Source: a virus
IMG/VR virus record: IMGVR_UViG_3300045988_181067
Location: 297,851 to 361,850 of that record
Direction: 5' to 3' (one strand)
DNA length: 64,000 nucleotides
In this document: one piece after another, positions 28,506 through 36,514 of the stretch
Layout: each line of letters starts with the position of its first letter
Numbering within the stretch: the stretch's first letter is position 1
The notes under the pieces: generated by a model
The model's database searches: none
Seen by the model: the letters and a program-made list of their open reading frames with translations, nothing else
Told to the model about the DNA's origin: nothing
Made by a program: the position numbers and the translations under genes

Positions 28506-29042
28506 TTATTCCTTGATGTACTCTGCACAAAGTTTCAATTCGTATTCAGCGTATTTCGGGTCGCCAGTTGCATTGACGAGGAACTCTCGCAGTTGTTCCT
28601 GCAGCTTTTCTTCAGTCAGCGTGGCGAGATTTTCGTTGTACTTTTCTGGCGGCCACATAACACCACAGAAAATCATCGCGTCGAGATTGTAGTCGCAGGC
28701 ACTGAAGAAAGTGTTGTGAGGATAGCCGTAGCACTTCTCAAACACGAAGTCCAGAGCGTTTGCACAAAGATTGTAGGCGTGTTCATCATAGTTGAGCTCG
28801 CCATAGTAGTCCCCACTAAGAGCCCAAAGGTTTTTAGGAACTACCGCCAGCTTTTTTACTACCGGCCAACTATCATAATCGGCGAATTTTGCCTCGCCAT
28901 ACTCCCCTTTTCCAAAGGCGATGGCTTCTTCTTTCGACGGCACATATTTTGCGAGGAAGTCTTCGTTGTATTTGATTTTCCGAGCTTCTCCCATGAAGAT
29001 GCCTTTGCCGAAATGGTCAACATGATACCACCCCATAAGCAT
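28506..29042 (-). CDS. hypothetical protein
   Basis: 178 aa, translationally coupled to upstream ATPase gene. Confidence 0.5.
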   Translation of the reverse strand: MLMGWYHVDHFGKGIFMGEARKIKYNEDFLAKYVPSKEEAIAFGKGEYGEAKFADYDSWPVVKKLAVVPKNLWALSGDYYGELNYDEHAYNLCANALDFVFEKCYGYPHNTFFSACDYNLDAMIFCGVMWPPEKYNENLATLTEEKLQEQLREFLVNATGDPKYAEYELKLCAEYIKE

Positions 29043-29048
29043 ACCGCC

Positions 29049-29750
29049 TTACTGCATTTTGCCGACATGCTTATAGCCGCGATTTGCGAGCCAGCGATGG
29101 ATGGTTCTCGTCAAATCTTCTTTATCGAACTCATAGCGGCGGGTAATGCCATCATCATTCAAGTGATAGCCAATCTTTTGCTCTTTCACAAGTCCAATCT
29201 GCGGTTCAGAGCCATCATCCTTATCGAGATACTCTAATTCGCTGTAAGTACCATCGTTACCTATGTGGATTAGTCTCCGGTATGTCTGACAGTCGATAAA
29301 GTCGTCTACTTCATCATCCGGCAGATAGTTCTCCATCTCAAGAGAGAACTCAATCCAGTCACCGTCCACTTCCGTTCTCATTCGAGAATCTGGATTCTCA
29401 TTCATGGCTTCTGCCGCACGAAAGAGTTTTCGCCGGGACATCCGGTTCTTACTCACCGGATATTTCTTTTCAAACTTCTTGTTCTTTGCCTTGAACAGCA
29501 GCGGCAGGATAAAGACCGCGTAGAGAATCAGGCCAATGCCGAAGATAACCAGAAGAAATGCGAGCAAGCCAATAATAAAGCACACCGGTTTTTGGATGCC
29601 CGTTATGTCATCCAATGAAGACGGCAGCAGCTTCAAGAAAATTTGTCCGCCGATAATTGGCAGCAAGCCTTTTGCGAAGGTCAGCTTTGCAATACCATCT
29701 TCGCTCAGCATCCATCGGTATTTCTTACGCTGTTTCTCGTTCAGTACCAT
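29049..29750 (-). CDS. membrane protein with conserved C-terminal domain (full-length paralog of IS-split gene)
   Basis: Start MVLNEKQ after GAAAGGAAG; two TM helices; C-terminal ..RTIHRWLANRGYKHVG. Confidence 0.5.
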   Translation of the reverse strand: MVLNEKQRKKYRWMLSEDGIAKLTFAKGLLPIIGGQIFLKLLPSSLDDITGIQKPVCFIIGLLAFLLVIFGIGLILYAVFILPLLFKAKNKKFEKKYPVSKNRMSRRKLFRAAEAMNENPDSRMRTEVDGDWIEFSLEMENYLPDDEVDDFIDCQTYRRLIHIGNDGTYSELEYLDKDDGSEPQIGLVKEQKIGYHLNDDGITRRYEFDKEDLTRTIHRWLANRGYKHVGKMQ

Positions 29751-30324
29751 TGTCGTCTTCCTTTCTCTTTGTGGATACCAGCAGGGCAATGCCGCTTACA
29801 GCAGACAGGACAGCTAGGATGCCGCTTATTACTGCGCCAATGGCTTCGCCCGCCGTGGTTCTGCTGTTTATGCTCAAATAGTACGGACAGATATTCTGCC
29901 CTACCGTCGCGAGCTTAAAGTCTTCGAGATGTTCTGTCGGGATAGGCAGAATGTTGCCTTTGATGGGCGCGTTATTGATGTAGTACATATCCTTTTTATC
30001 GGCATCAAATTCTGCTGCGATAACATACACATCGCCATTTTTCGCGTAGACTTCAAGTGGATAAAAGGCTGTCACATAGTCGCCGGACGGCTCCTCCCCT
30101 GCGGCTTTGTGCCGTTCCCACATTGAGCTTCCACTCAAAATCTTATAGTCACCTGAATTCATTTCAACCGGTTTCTTTATATAGTCGTCGATTTCTGTTG
30201 CCGTAATGGTGGTAAGGTCTGTTCTTTCTTCTTGCTGCAACGACAAAATAGGAACGACAGCGAACAGAGCTGCCATCGCAAACAGCAGGATTGCCTGTGC
30301 AATGATTTTTGGTTTACTTTGCAT
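29725..30324 (-). CDS. membrane protein, hypothetical
   Basis: Start MQSKPKII after GGGAGGTAAAAG; N- and C-terminal TM helices. Confidence 0.5.
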   Translation of the reverse strand: MQSKPKIIAQAILLFAMAALFAVVPILSLQQEERTDLTTITATEIDDYIKKPVEMNSGDYKILSGSSMWERHKAAGEEPSGDYVTAFYPLEVYAKNGDVYVIAAEFDADKKDMYYINNAPIKGNILPIPTEHLEDFKLATVGQNICPYYLSINSRTTAGEAIGAVISGILAVLSAVSGIALLVSTKRKEDDNGTERETA

Positions 30325-30372
30325 CTCTTTTACCTCCCATACGCTGTATATCTCGCTCAAACTCGTAGGTGC

Positions 30373-30663
30373 CTACAGATTGCTATGCCGCCCGGCATAA
30401 AAACCGTTTCCATACGCTTTGTTGACGGCGTTTTTGAGTTCTTCCGGAAACTTCCGCTCTTCCCTCTCGTTTTCGCGGAATGCTTCCGCGAACGCCTTGT
30501 ACAAGTCGTATGTCTCTTTTGCAGGATTGAACGGTGCGGTTCTGTAATATTCTGTTATGAACCACTTCTTACCGTCGATGCTGGTCAGATAAAATCTGGT
30601 GTTTGGAATTGAAATGCTCCCTATCATGTGAATCACCATCCTCCGCGTGAAAGGCGAACCCAC
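30373..30663 (-). CDS. hypothetical protein (start uncertain)
   Basis: ORF with alternative ATG starts at 30639 and 30627. Confidence 0.35.
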   Translation of the reverse strand: MGSPFTRRMVIHMIGSISIPNTRFYLTSIDGKKWFITEYYRTAPFNPAKETYDLYKAFAEAFRENEREERKFPEELKNAVNKAYGNGFYAGRHSNL

Positions 30664-31025
30664 TCTGTTCTCGTGCTTTTGAAAGATATAGTGTGACTAA
30701 GCGCTTCGTGGTATAGTTTGCTCTCCTGCTCTTCCCTTAACGCTTGCTTTTCCTCCAGTTCCCTGACTGTGGCGATGAGCTTGTCTTCTTTGCCTTCCGC
30801 TTCGCCTCTGGCAAAAGCTGCTTTTTTAGCTTCGTCAATACGCTGGTATCTGCTCTTTCGCTCTTTCTCGATGTAGAGTAACCCGTTGGCTACTGCATCG
30901 AGAAACGTTTGCATCTCTGACTCCGGAATTGGTTCCTTATCGTCCTTATCTCTGGACACGCTGCAATAACCGTCATCGTCGTAATGGATAAAATAGGGAG
31001 AGTTCGGGACCTGTTGCGTTTTCAT
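30633..31025 (-). CDS. hypothetical protein
   Basis: 130 aa. Confidence 0.45.
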   Translation of the reverse strand: MKTQQVPNSPYFIHYDDDGYCSVSRDKDDKEPIPESEMQTFLDAVANGLLYIEKERKSRYQRIDEAKKAAFARGEAEGKEDKLIATVRELEEKQALREEQESKLYHEALSHTISFKSTRTEWVRLSRGGW

Positions 31026-31141
31026 GGCTGTTCCATCCTTTTCTGGAAGACTATCTGCCGGGGTTTTCCCGTTGTCCGCCGCTCGCCTGCGTGGAGGCTG
31101 TCTTCGTTGAGCTGCAACAGCCCCTTGAGGGGCTGCAATGG

Positions 31142-32830
31142 TTACTTTTCGTTTTTATCAAACGGATGAGATGCAAACGGATTTTCTTTATCCGCAGCTT
31201 CGTGTTTCTTTGCCGCCGCACGGTGCGCATCCAGAATTTCCTTCTCATCCACATAATCCGGATGGAAGTGGAGCATATCCTTCCCCGTCTCCGGGTCAGT
31301 GCTCGGCACAACCCAGCCACTTGCGGTACGGCGAGGTTCACGGGGATGGTCTGTATTTTCCACACCGTCGATATGGATGTTGCGGTCTGTCTTTGCCTGA
31401 ATGCTGTTGGCGCGGACGATTTCGCCCATGTCGATGCCGGTTGCTTCCTTCACCGTCTGCATCGTTTGTGCCATGAGCACCGGTACATTGCCGGAAACAC
31501 CGGATACGCCGGAGGCGTCACCACCAATGATAGATACTTTGTCGATGCTGGACAAAGGCTGAGCCACGCTTTTGGCGATGTCGGGCAGGACCTTGATAAG
31601 CATTTCGGCGACAGCCGCATCATTATACTGCTTGTATGCTTCAGCTTTCTGCTTCATAGCTTCAGCTTCGGCAATACCTTTCTGACGGATTGCTTCCGCC
31701 TCGGCTTTACCGACAAGCTCGATGCCTTCTGCTTCCTGCTGTTTAGCAAACTTCTGCGCTTCAGCTGCACGCTCTGCCTCGTACTTCTTTGCCTCCGCCT
31801 CTTTCTGGCGACGGTAGAGGTCGGCATCTGCCTGCTTGCGAACTTCCGCATCGAGTTTTCGCTGCTGAACTTCGGCTTCCTGCGCAGCGAGGTCTACCAT
31901 TTTCTTCTGCTTGGCAATCTCGGCATCGGCTTCTGCTTCTTTGATTTCCTTGGCGCGGAGGTTCGTTTGAATTTGACCGGCAGCGTTTGCATCCGCAGCA
32001 GCCTTATCCGCCTCTGCCTGCAACCGTGCTTTGGCGAGCTTGAGCTCGTTGTTACGCTGGGCGATAGCCGTCTGTGCTTCGACTTCCTTAGCGTTTGCCG
32101 CCATCTCAGCGTCAGCCTTAGCACACGCTACATCGCGGGCTGCCTGCGCACGGGCAATTTCGGCCTGTTTTTTCACGAGCTCTTCCTGCTCGATACCAAT
32201 GGCTTCGATAACACCGTGGTTATGACCCTGCCCGTCAATAGCATCGCGGATGTCCTGCACATTGAAGGTTACGACCTCAAGACCCATTTTCGCAAGGTCC
32301 GGGCGAGCGTTCTCAATGACGCTCAGCGCCATCTGCTTGCGGTTCGTCAAAATCTGGTCAACGGTCATGTCAGAGACAATCTCGCGCAGGTTTCCCTGCA
32401 GAACATCGTTGACTTTATCGTTGATGCCCTGCTCGTTCATTCCAAGGAAGTTCGAGATGGCTGCCTGTTGGCGGGACATGATGTACGCTTTTGCGTCCTT
32501 CAGACCGGATGCCTTGACTTCCTCATCCAGAACAGTGGAGTTCTCACTGTAGACCTGAATCGTGACAACAGAATCAATCCAGAGCGATACGCCGTTCTGG
32601 GTTTTAACGCCCGTCTCCGGGGTCTTGACATCAATTTTCAGAAGACGCATGTTCAGCCGGTCTGCACGCTGCAGTACCGGGAGCACAAACGTGCCTTTGC
32701 CGCAAACGACTTTCGGTCTGGCAAGACCAAAACCCGTTACTACGATTGCCTCCGTCGGAGGAGCTTTCTTGTAGCAGAGAAAGCCAAAGAGGATGAGCAG
32801 TACGATGACTACCCCAATGATGAGTGCCAT
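31142..32830 (-). CDS. Flotillin-like SPFH/band-7 protein with long coiled coil
   Basis: N-terminal TM, SPFH domain, Ala/Glu/Lys-rich heptads (AEAEAIRQKGIAEAEAMKQKAEAYK); AAAGGAGA RBS at MALIIGVV start. Confidence 0.8.
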   Translation of the reverse strand: MALIIGVVIVLLILFGFLCYKKAPPTEAIVVTGFGLARPKVVCGKGTFVLPVLQRADRLNMRLLKIDVKTPETGVKTQNGVSLWIDSVVTIQVYSENSTVLDEEVKASGLKDAKAYIMSRQQAAISNFLGMNEQGINDKVNDVLQGNLREIVSDMTVDQILTNRKQMALSVIENARPDLAKMGLEVVTFNVQDIRDAIDGQGHNHGVIEAIGIEQEELVKKQAEIARAQAARDVACAKADAEMAANAKEVEAQTAIAQRNNELKLAKARLQAEADKAAADANAAGQIQTNLRAKEIKEAEADAEIAKQKKMVDLAAQEAEVQQRKLDAEVRKQADADLYRRQKEAEAKKYEAERAAEAQKFAKQQEAEGIELVGKAEAEAIRQKGIAEAEAMKQKAEAYKQYNDAAVAEMLIKVLPDIAKSVAQPLSSIDKVSIIGGDASGVSGVSGNVPVLMAQTMQTVKEATGIDMGEIVRANSIQAKTDRNIHIDGVENTDHPREPRRTASGWVVPSTDPETGKDMLHFHPDYVDEKEILDAHRAAAKKHEAADKENPFASHPFDKNEK

Positions 32831-32857
32831 GGTGTCTCCTTTCACTTGCCTGTAACC

Positions 32858-33205
32858 TTAGTCTTCGGTTGCCGCGACATAGTCGTCAATCCAGTTATCC
32901 ACATCCAGAGTATCCGAGTGGATGAGCTCAACATAGTCGCCTTTCTGCATAGCAGCGGCATTGATTTGGTCAAGTCCCCTTGCTGTGAGTGTGCGGGGAC
33001 CGTCGCCATACTCCTCGGTGTATCCGAGGTCATCGGACTCGTCACACGCTTCCTGTAATTGCACCTGTGCGTCTTCTTTGCAGGAATCACTGATGTAGCG
33101 GTTCAAGGCGAACTTCACAGCATCTTCCGGTGCGTGTTTGTCGTCTTTACTGCAGTAGTACAGCGCCAGTAGGTAGGCAGCCATATAGGATGCTGTAACT
33201 TTCAT
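32858..33205 (-). CDS. small secreted/lipoprotein-like protein, hypothetical
   Basis: Start MKVTASYMAAYLLALYYC after AAAGGAGA; longer annotated ORF has no RBS. Confidence 0.45.
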   Translation of the reverse strand: MKVTASYMAAYLLALYYCSKDDKHAPEDAVKFALNRYISDSCKEDAQVQLQEACDESDDLGYTEEYGDGPRTLTARGLDQINAAAMQKGDYVELIHSDTLDVDNWIDDYVAATED

Positions 33206-33408
33206 AGGGGGGTCTCCTTTCAATGCAAAGAAAAAAGCTGCGGAGGCGGAAGCGACCACAGCTTTCTGTATGGGGTGCATCGGTGCAGGACATCGCCGAT
33301 GCGAGAGGAAGCACAAGCGGGCAAACATGTCGTGATGCCAGAGAGGCATCGGGCTTAGCAGGAAGAGGCTTTGACCCGCTGTGGCCCTGTTCCGCTTGTA
33401 CAATCTTT

Positions 33409-33436
33409 ATTGTATGCAGTTCGCACGAACGTGCAA
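33409..33436 (-). promoter_or_regulatory. class-1 promoter TTGCAC-16-TACAAT with TGCAGTTCGCA spacer
   Basis: Seen in sequence. Confidence 0.45.
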
Positions 33437-33459
33437 GTTCTTTTTTATACAATTCCTAA

Positions 33460-33700
33460 AAAAAGAAATCCCGCCGCTCTATGGGGAAGAGCAGCGGGAA
33501 ATCCAAAAAGAAAGGATGAGGAAAATAGAAAGGTGTTTAATTCATGCAGCCGTTTGACTGCGAACTAAAACGATGGCAATGTCATTGCGGAGCGACATTG
33601 CTAACCGCTACGAGCGGCTCGAAGATATTGGTATTTACTCTGCCCCGGTATACAAGGCTGTCATCGACAGCACCGTCGAGTCTTTAACTGTTATCTTCTA
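33460..33700 (-). ncRNA. candidate ~240-nt sRNA with own promoter and terminator
   Basis: Promoter TTGCAT-17-TGgTATAAT (33707-33735) and minus-strand terminator (CCCGCUGCUCUUCCCCAUAGAGCGGCGGG + U-run, 33458-33498); only tiny ORFs between. Confidence 0.3.
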
Positions 33701-33961
33701 TTACGCATTATACCATATATTGTAGTAAAATGCAAGCATTTTTTAAAATTATAGCATATCTTGTGATTTGCGCTGTTTTGTTGTTTAATAATTTTTGTTG
33801 AATTTATTTTCAGTGAAAATTCTTTCAACGTTTTTTGCTGCTTCTGCTGTCTTTTTGAGGGGTAGTATGTGTTGGCAGTATGGTTGCTGGTAACGACGCT
33901 TGTTCTATCCTCACTTTTTCTTTCTCTTACTCTTAGTTATTCTTAGTATATTCTAAGCCGG

Positions 33962-34133
33962 ATGGGACGCGCACATAGCCATATTACTATTGTGTGTATT
34001 TTTGACAGATATGCGAATCGTTGCTAGTGTCTACACTGGGTATGTACTACTCTTTATTTCTTTCTAAGCTCTACTCTTAGCGGGTGGCGCACATAGCCAT
34101 GTTTATATTGTGTAGGAAATTGACAAATGTGCG
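33962..34133. repeat. Two ~57-bp direct repeats (GCGCACATAGCCAT..TATTGTGT..TTGACA.AT.TGCGAA)
   Basis: Copies at 33962-34018 and 34082-34133; copy A carries TGCGAATCG half-palindrome. Confidence 0.55.
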
Positions 34134-34330
34134 AAAAATGAAATCGCTCATCTTGACTACGCTTCCACAACCAAAAAGTGCCCCTCTGGAGCAGCTACGC
34201 TTCCATCGACGAGTTCGACTTTTTGTCCGCTTTTCCTGAAACTTGTCTCCAAAAAGTGTCCGTTTTTCTATAGTTTTGGGATATGAATTCAACTTATTTC
34301 CCAATTTCGATTTTTTTGTGGTTTTGGGAA

Positions 34331-34582
34331 TTAGTCGATGAGGGGCACGATGACCGTTCTCGCGTTCGAGCTATCCGAGACGCAGGTGGTTAACGCCAGC
34401 ACCTTGTACTTGGCCTTGTCCTTCTCGTATGCTGCGAGTACATCCTTGTTGATGTTCTCTGCGTGTTCTTCCACATACGCTACCCCTTCGTCCCCGCTGA
34501 CGGCATATTGCGGGTTTTCGGCTTGTTGCACAATGTGAATTTTTGCGAATTGTGCAGGATGTTGTATCATTTTGATGAACAT
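34331..34582 (-). CDS. hypothetical protein (weak)
   Basis: 83-codon ORF without clear RBS. Confidence 0.25.
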   Translation of the reverse strand: MFIKMIQHPAQFAKIHIVQQAENPQYAVSGDEGVAYVEEHAENINKDVLAAYEKDKAKYKVLALTTCVSDSSNARTVIVPLID

Positions 34583-34654
34583 TTTGGAGGGTCACTTTCT
34601 GTTTGTGACATTTTGTGGTATAATAATTATAAAAGAAACGGTGGAGGTATTATC

Positions 34655-35059
34655 ATGGCGTTTCCCGGCATGCTTGAGCTTACAGAGGAACAGACGCAGC
34701 AACTCGTAAATATTATCGAGGAGAAGCAAAGTTGTGTTTGTGAAGTAGCGAACAGTATGCACACGGTCTGGATTACCTCTGCCGACGGTGAAAACGAACT
34801 GCGCGTTGCTTTCCTTGGACGCTTTGCGTTGGTCATTTCTCGCGTGGGCTTTGAGAACAAGCGGTGTGGTACGATGACGACGCTTCTTTCTGTTCTGAAG
34901 GGAATCTGCGAAGGTTATGGTGTTCATCGCATCATCATGCAGTCTGTGCTGACGAAGGAGATGGAAGCGTTTTGCCGCAAGTCCGGATTCACACCCGACC
35001 AAAATTCCACAATGGAAGTTGACGGGGTGCTGATTGGGGATTATTTTTTGGACTTCTAA
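34655..35059 (+). CDS. hypothetical protein
   Basis: Start MAFPGMLELTEEQ after GGTGGAGG RBS; TGgTATAAT promoter about 30 nt upstream. Confidence 0.5.
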   Translation: MAFPGMLELTEEQTQQLVNIIEEKQSCVCEVANSMHTVWITSADGENELRVAFLGRFALVISRVGFENKRCGTMTTLLSVLKGICEGYGVHRIIMQSVLTKEMEAFCRKSGFTPDQNSTMEVDGVLIGDYFLDF

Positions 35060-35134
35060 CTTTTCCTATAAAACAAAAAGCACCCAAAGCGGTTGCTCTG
35101 AGCACTGTGTATGGTGACTTTAGCAAAAACCCTC

Positions 35135-35163
35135 TTGACGTTTCTTGCTAAAGTCACTATAAT
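35135..35163 (+). promoter_or_regulatory. consensus sigma70 promoter TTGACG-17-TATAAT embedded in 13-bp inverted repeat
   Basis: GTGACTTTAGCAA..TTGCTAAAGTCAC inverted repeat spans the -35/spacer. Confidence 0.55.
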
Positions 35164-35169
35164 AAATAT

Positions 35170-35292
35170 AGAGGGTTGAAGCTCTTAATAAGCGGACACC
35201 TCGGTTAGAATCCAACAAGCCGATACATCGTGTGAAAATGCACCAGCTCATGAGACTACCTAAGTGGCATTAGGTAGTCTCACTTCTTTTTA
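35170..35292 (+). ncRNA. candidate antitoxin sRNA (type I TA), 3'-overlapping convergent partner
   Basis: Strong promoter upstream; no ORF; terminator GAGACUACCUAA..UAGGUAGUCUC + U-run shared with opposite-strand peptide gene. Confidence 0.45.
35253..35291. terminator. bidirectional rho-independent terminator
   Basis: Perfect 11-bp stem flanked by A-run upstream and T-run downstream. Confidence 0.55.
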
Positions 35293-35372
35293 CCGCCAAA
35301 ATAAATGGCAACAAAAACGCCGAACCATGTACCAATGCAACCAATGATTGCAACGACAACATTCACGTCCAT
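35280..35372 (-). CDS. 30-aa hydrophobic peptide, candidate type I toxin
   Basis: MDVNVVVAIIGCIGTWFGVFVAIYFGGKKK; GGAGGTGA RBS; 5' UTR contains anti-SD GGTCACCTCC. Confidence 0.45.
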   Translation of the reverse strand: MDVNVVVAIIGCIGTWFGVFVAIYFGGKKK

Positions 35373-35492
35373 GCTATCACCTCCGACAAAGATTGCCGGA
35401 AGGCGAAAAAGTGTATGACCTCCTGTCTGCCTTCCGGCTCTGGGAGGTGACCGCCTAAGCGCTTGTAGCGGAACTTCAACTCTCTGGGAATA

Positions 35493-35521
35493 TTATATCA
35501 TACTTTGTCATATCGGTGCAA
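35493..35521 (-). promoter_or_regulatory. sigma70 promoter TTGCAC-17-TATAAT for peptide mRNA
   Basis: Seen in sequence. Confidence 0.45.
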
Positions 35522-35690
35522 CCGCTTCTAGTGCCATTTTTACTACTTTCAAAAGCTGAATTATTTTTGTTTTTCGAAAGCCACCGTCGCTGTCCTTTAT
35601 TGGGTAGCGGCATTTTGTGTGTTGACCAGTTCTTTTCCCGTCTCAACGATTCTTTTGTTGCATAAATTGTTAATTTTTAATATGAAACCA

Positions 35691-35718
35691 TTGACGATAC
35701 TTGCGAGTTGTCTATAAT
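35691..35718 (+). promoter_or_regulatory. sigma70 promoter TTGACG-16-TATAAT
   Basis: Seen upstream of BlaI-family gene. Confidence 0.5.
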
Positions 35719-35764
35719 AGAATTAACGGCAAATGTATTATATTTTTGAAAGTTGGTGTTTTCA

Positions 35765-36175
35765 ATGGCAAGAGCAAATCGTCCTTACCATTTGACTCCC
35801 GCCGAGGAGTCTGTTATGACTGTTTTTTGGAATAGCAAGAAGGCTATGCCGCAGGCAGATGTCATCAAGAAAGCCGAGGAGAACGGTATCCGCAACTGGA
35901 AAGAGCGGTCTATCTTCTCGATTATCAACAACTTGCTGGCTAAAGGCTTGATTCAGGCTGATGGCTTCGTCCGCGCAGGCAAGACCTATGCCCGTACTTT
36001 CTCTGCGACGATGAGTCGCCCGGAGTATTACGCCAAGATGGTGGCGCATACCCTCAATGACAAGGAGCTTGTTGTTTTTAAGCGGGCACTGAAGGCAGAA
36101 GTGAATGCTGCTGATGCGGAGGCTGCTTCTGGTGTCGAGGAAGCCACCGAAAGCGCTCCGGCTAAGGAGGCTTAA
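35765..36175 (+). CDS. BlaI/MecI/CopY-family transcriptional repressor
   Basis: Winged-helix pattern MTVFWNSKKAMPQADVIKK...WKERSIFSIINNLLAKGLI; no adjacent BlaR1. Confidence 0.65.
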   Translation: MARANRPYHLTPAEESVMTVFWNSKKAMPQADVIKKAEENGIRNWKERSIFSIINNLLAKGLIQADGFVRAGKTYARTFSATMSRPEYYAKMVAHTLNDKELVVFKRALKAEVNAADAEAASGVEEATESAPAKEA

Positions 36176-36238
36176 CCTGCTGGGGTATAAGCCTTTTGCT
36201 TACTAGCTATTAAATTTATACGCCATAGTGGTGGACTT

Positions 36239-36511
36239 CTAACATGGGTCTGCTGCTGTGGCGTTTTCTTTTGCCTCGACGAACCACTTATCGACTTCGT
36301 AGTACAAATATGTTCTGGCTCTTCCTATCTGGCAGGTATAGCGCACACCAACTCCGCCGGTTTTTGAGTATTTGCGCGGTTGCACTTCCGAAATGTTGGA
36401 AATGTCGAAACGCTGCCCCGTATCCCAAACGACAGCTTGTGGAATAAGTGTGCCATCTGCTTGAAAGTCCGCGATGACCTCCACATATCGTTTCACTCTT
36501 TGTTCTGACAT
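36239..36511 (-). CDS. YolD-like protein (accessory of Y-family polymerase)
   Basis: 90 aa, immediately downstream of Y-family polymerase gene in same operon. Confidence 0.45.
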   Translation of the reverse strand: MSEQRVKRYVEVIADFQADGTLIPQAVVWDTGQRFDISNISEVQPRKYSKTGGVGVRYTCQIGRARTYLYYEVDKWFVEAKENATAADPC

Positions 36512-36514
36512 GAC

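Noticed and set aside
31091-33058. 655-aa + strand ORF
   Set aside because: Antisense to the flotillin gene; low-complexity Leu/Cys/Phe-rich translation.
33570-33660. Possible tRNA (hairpins GCAATGTC/GACATTGC, CCGCT/AGCGG)
   Set aside because: No cloverleaf, no T-loop GTTCRA consensus, no acceptor pairing.
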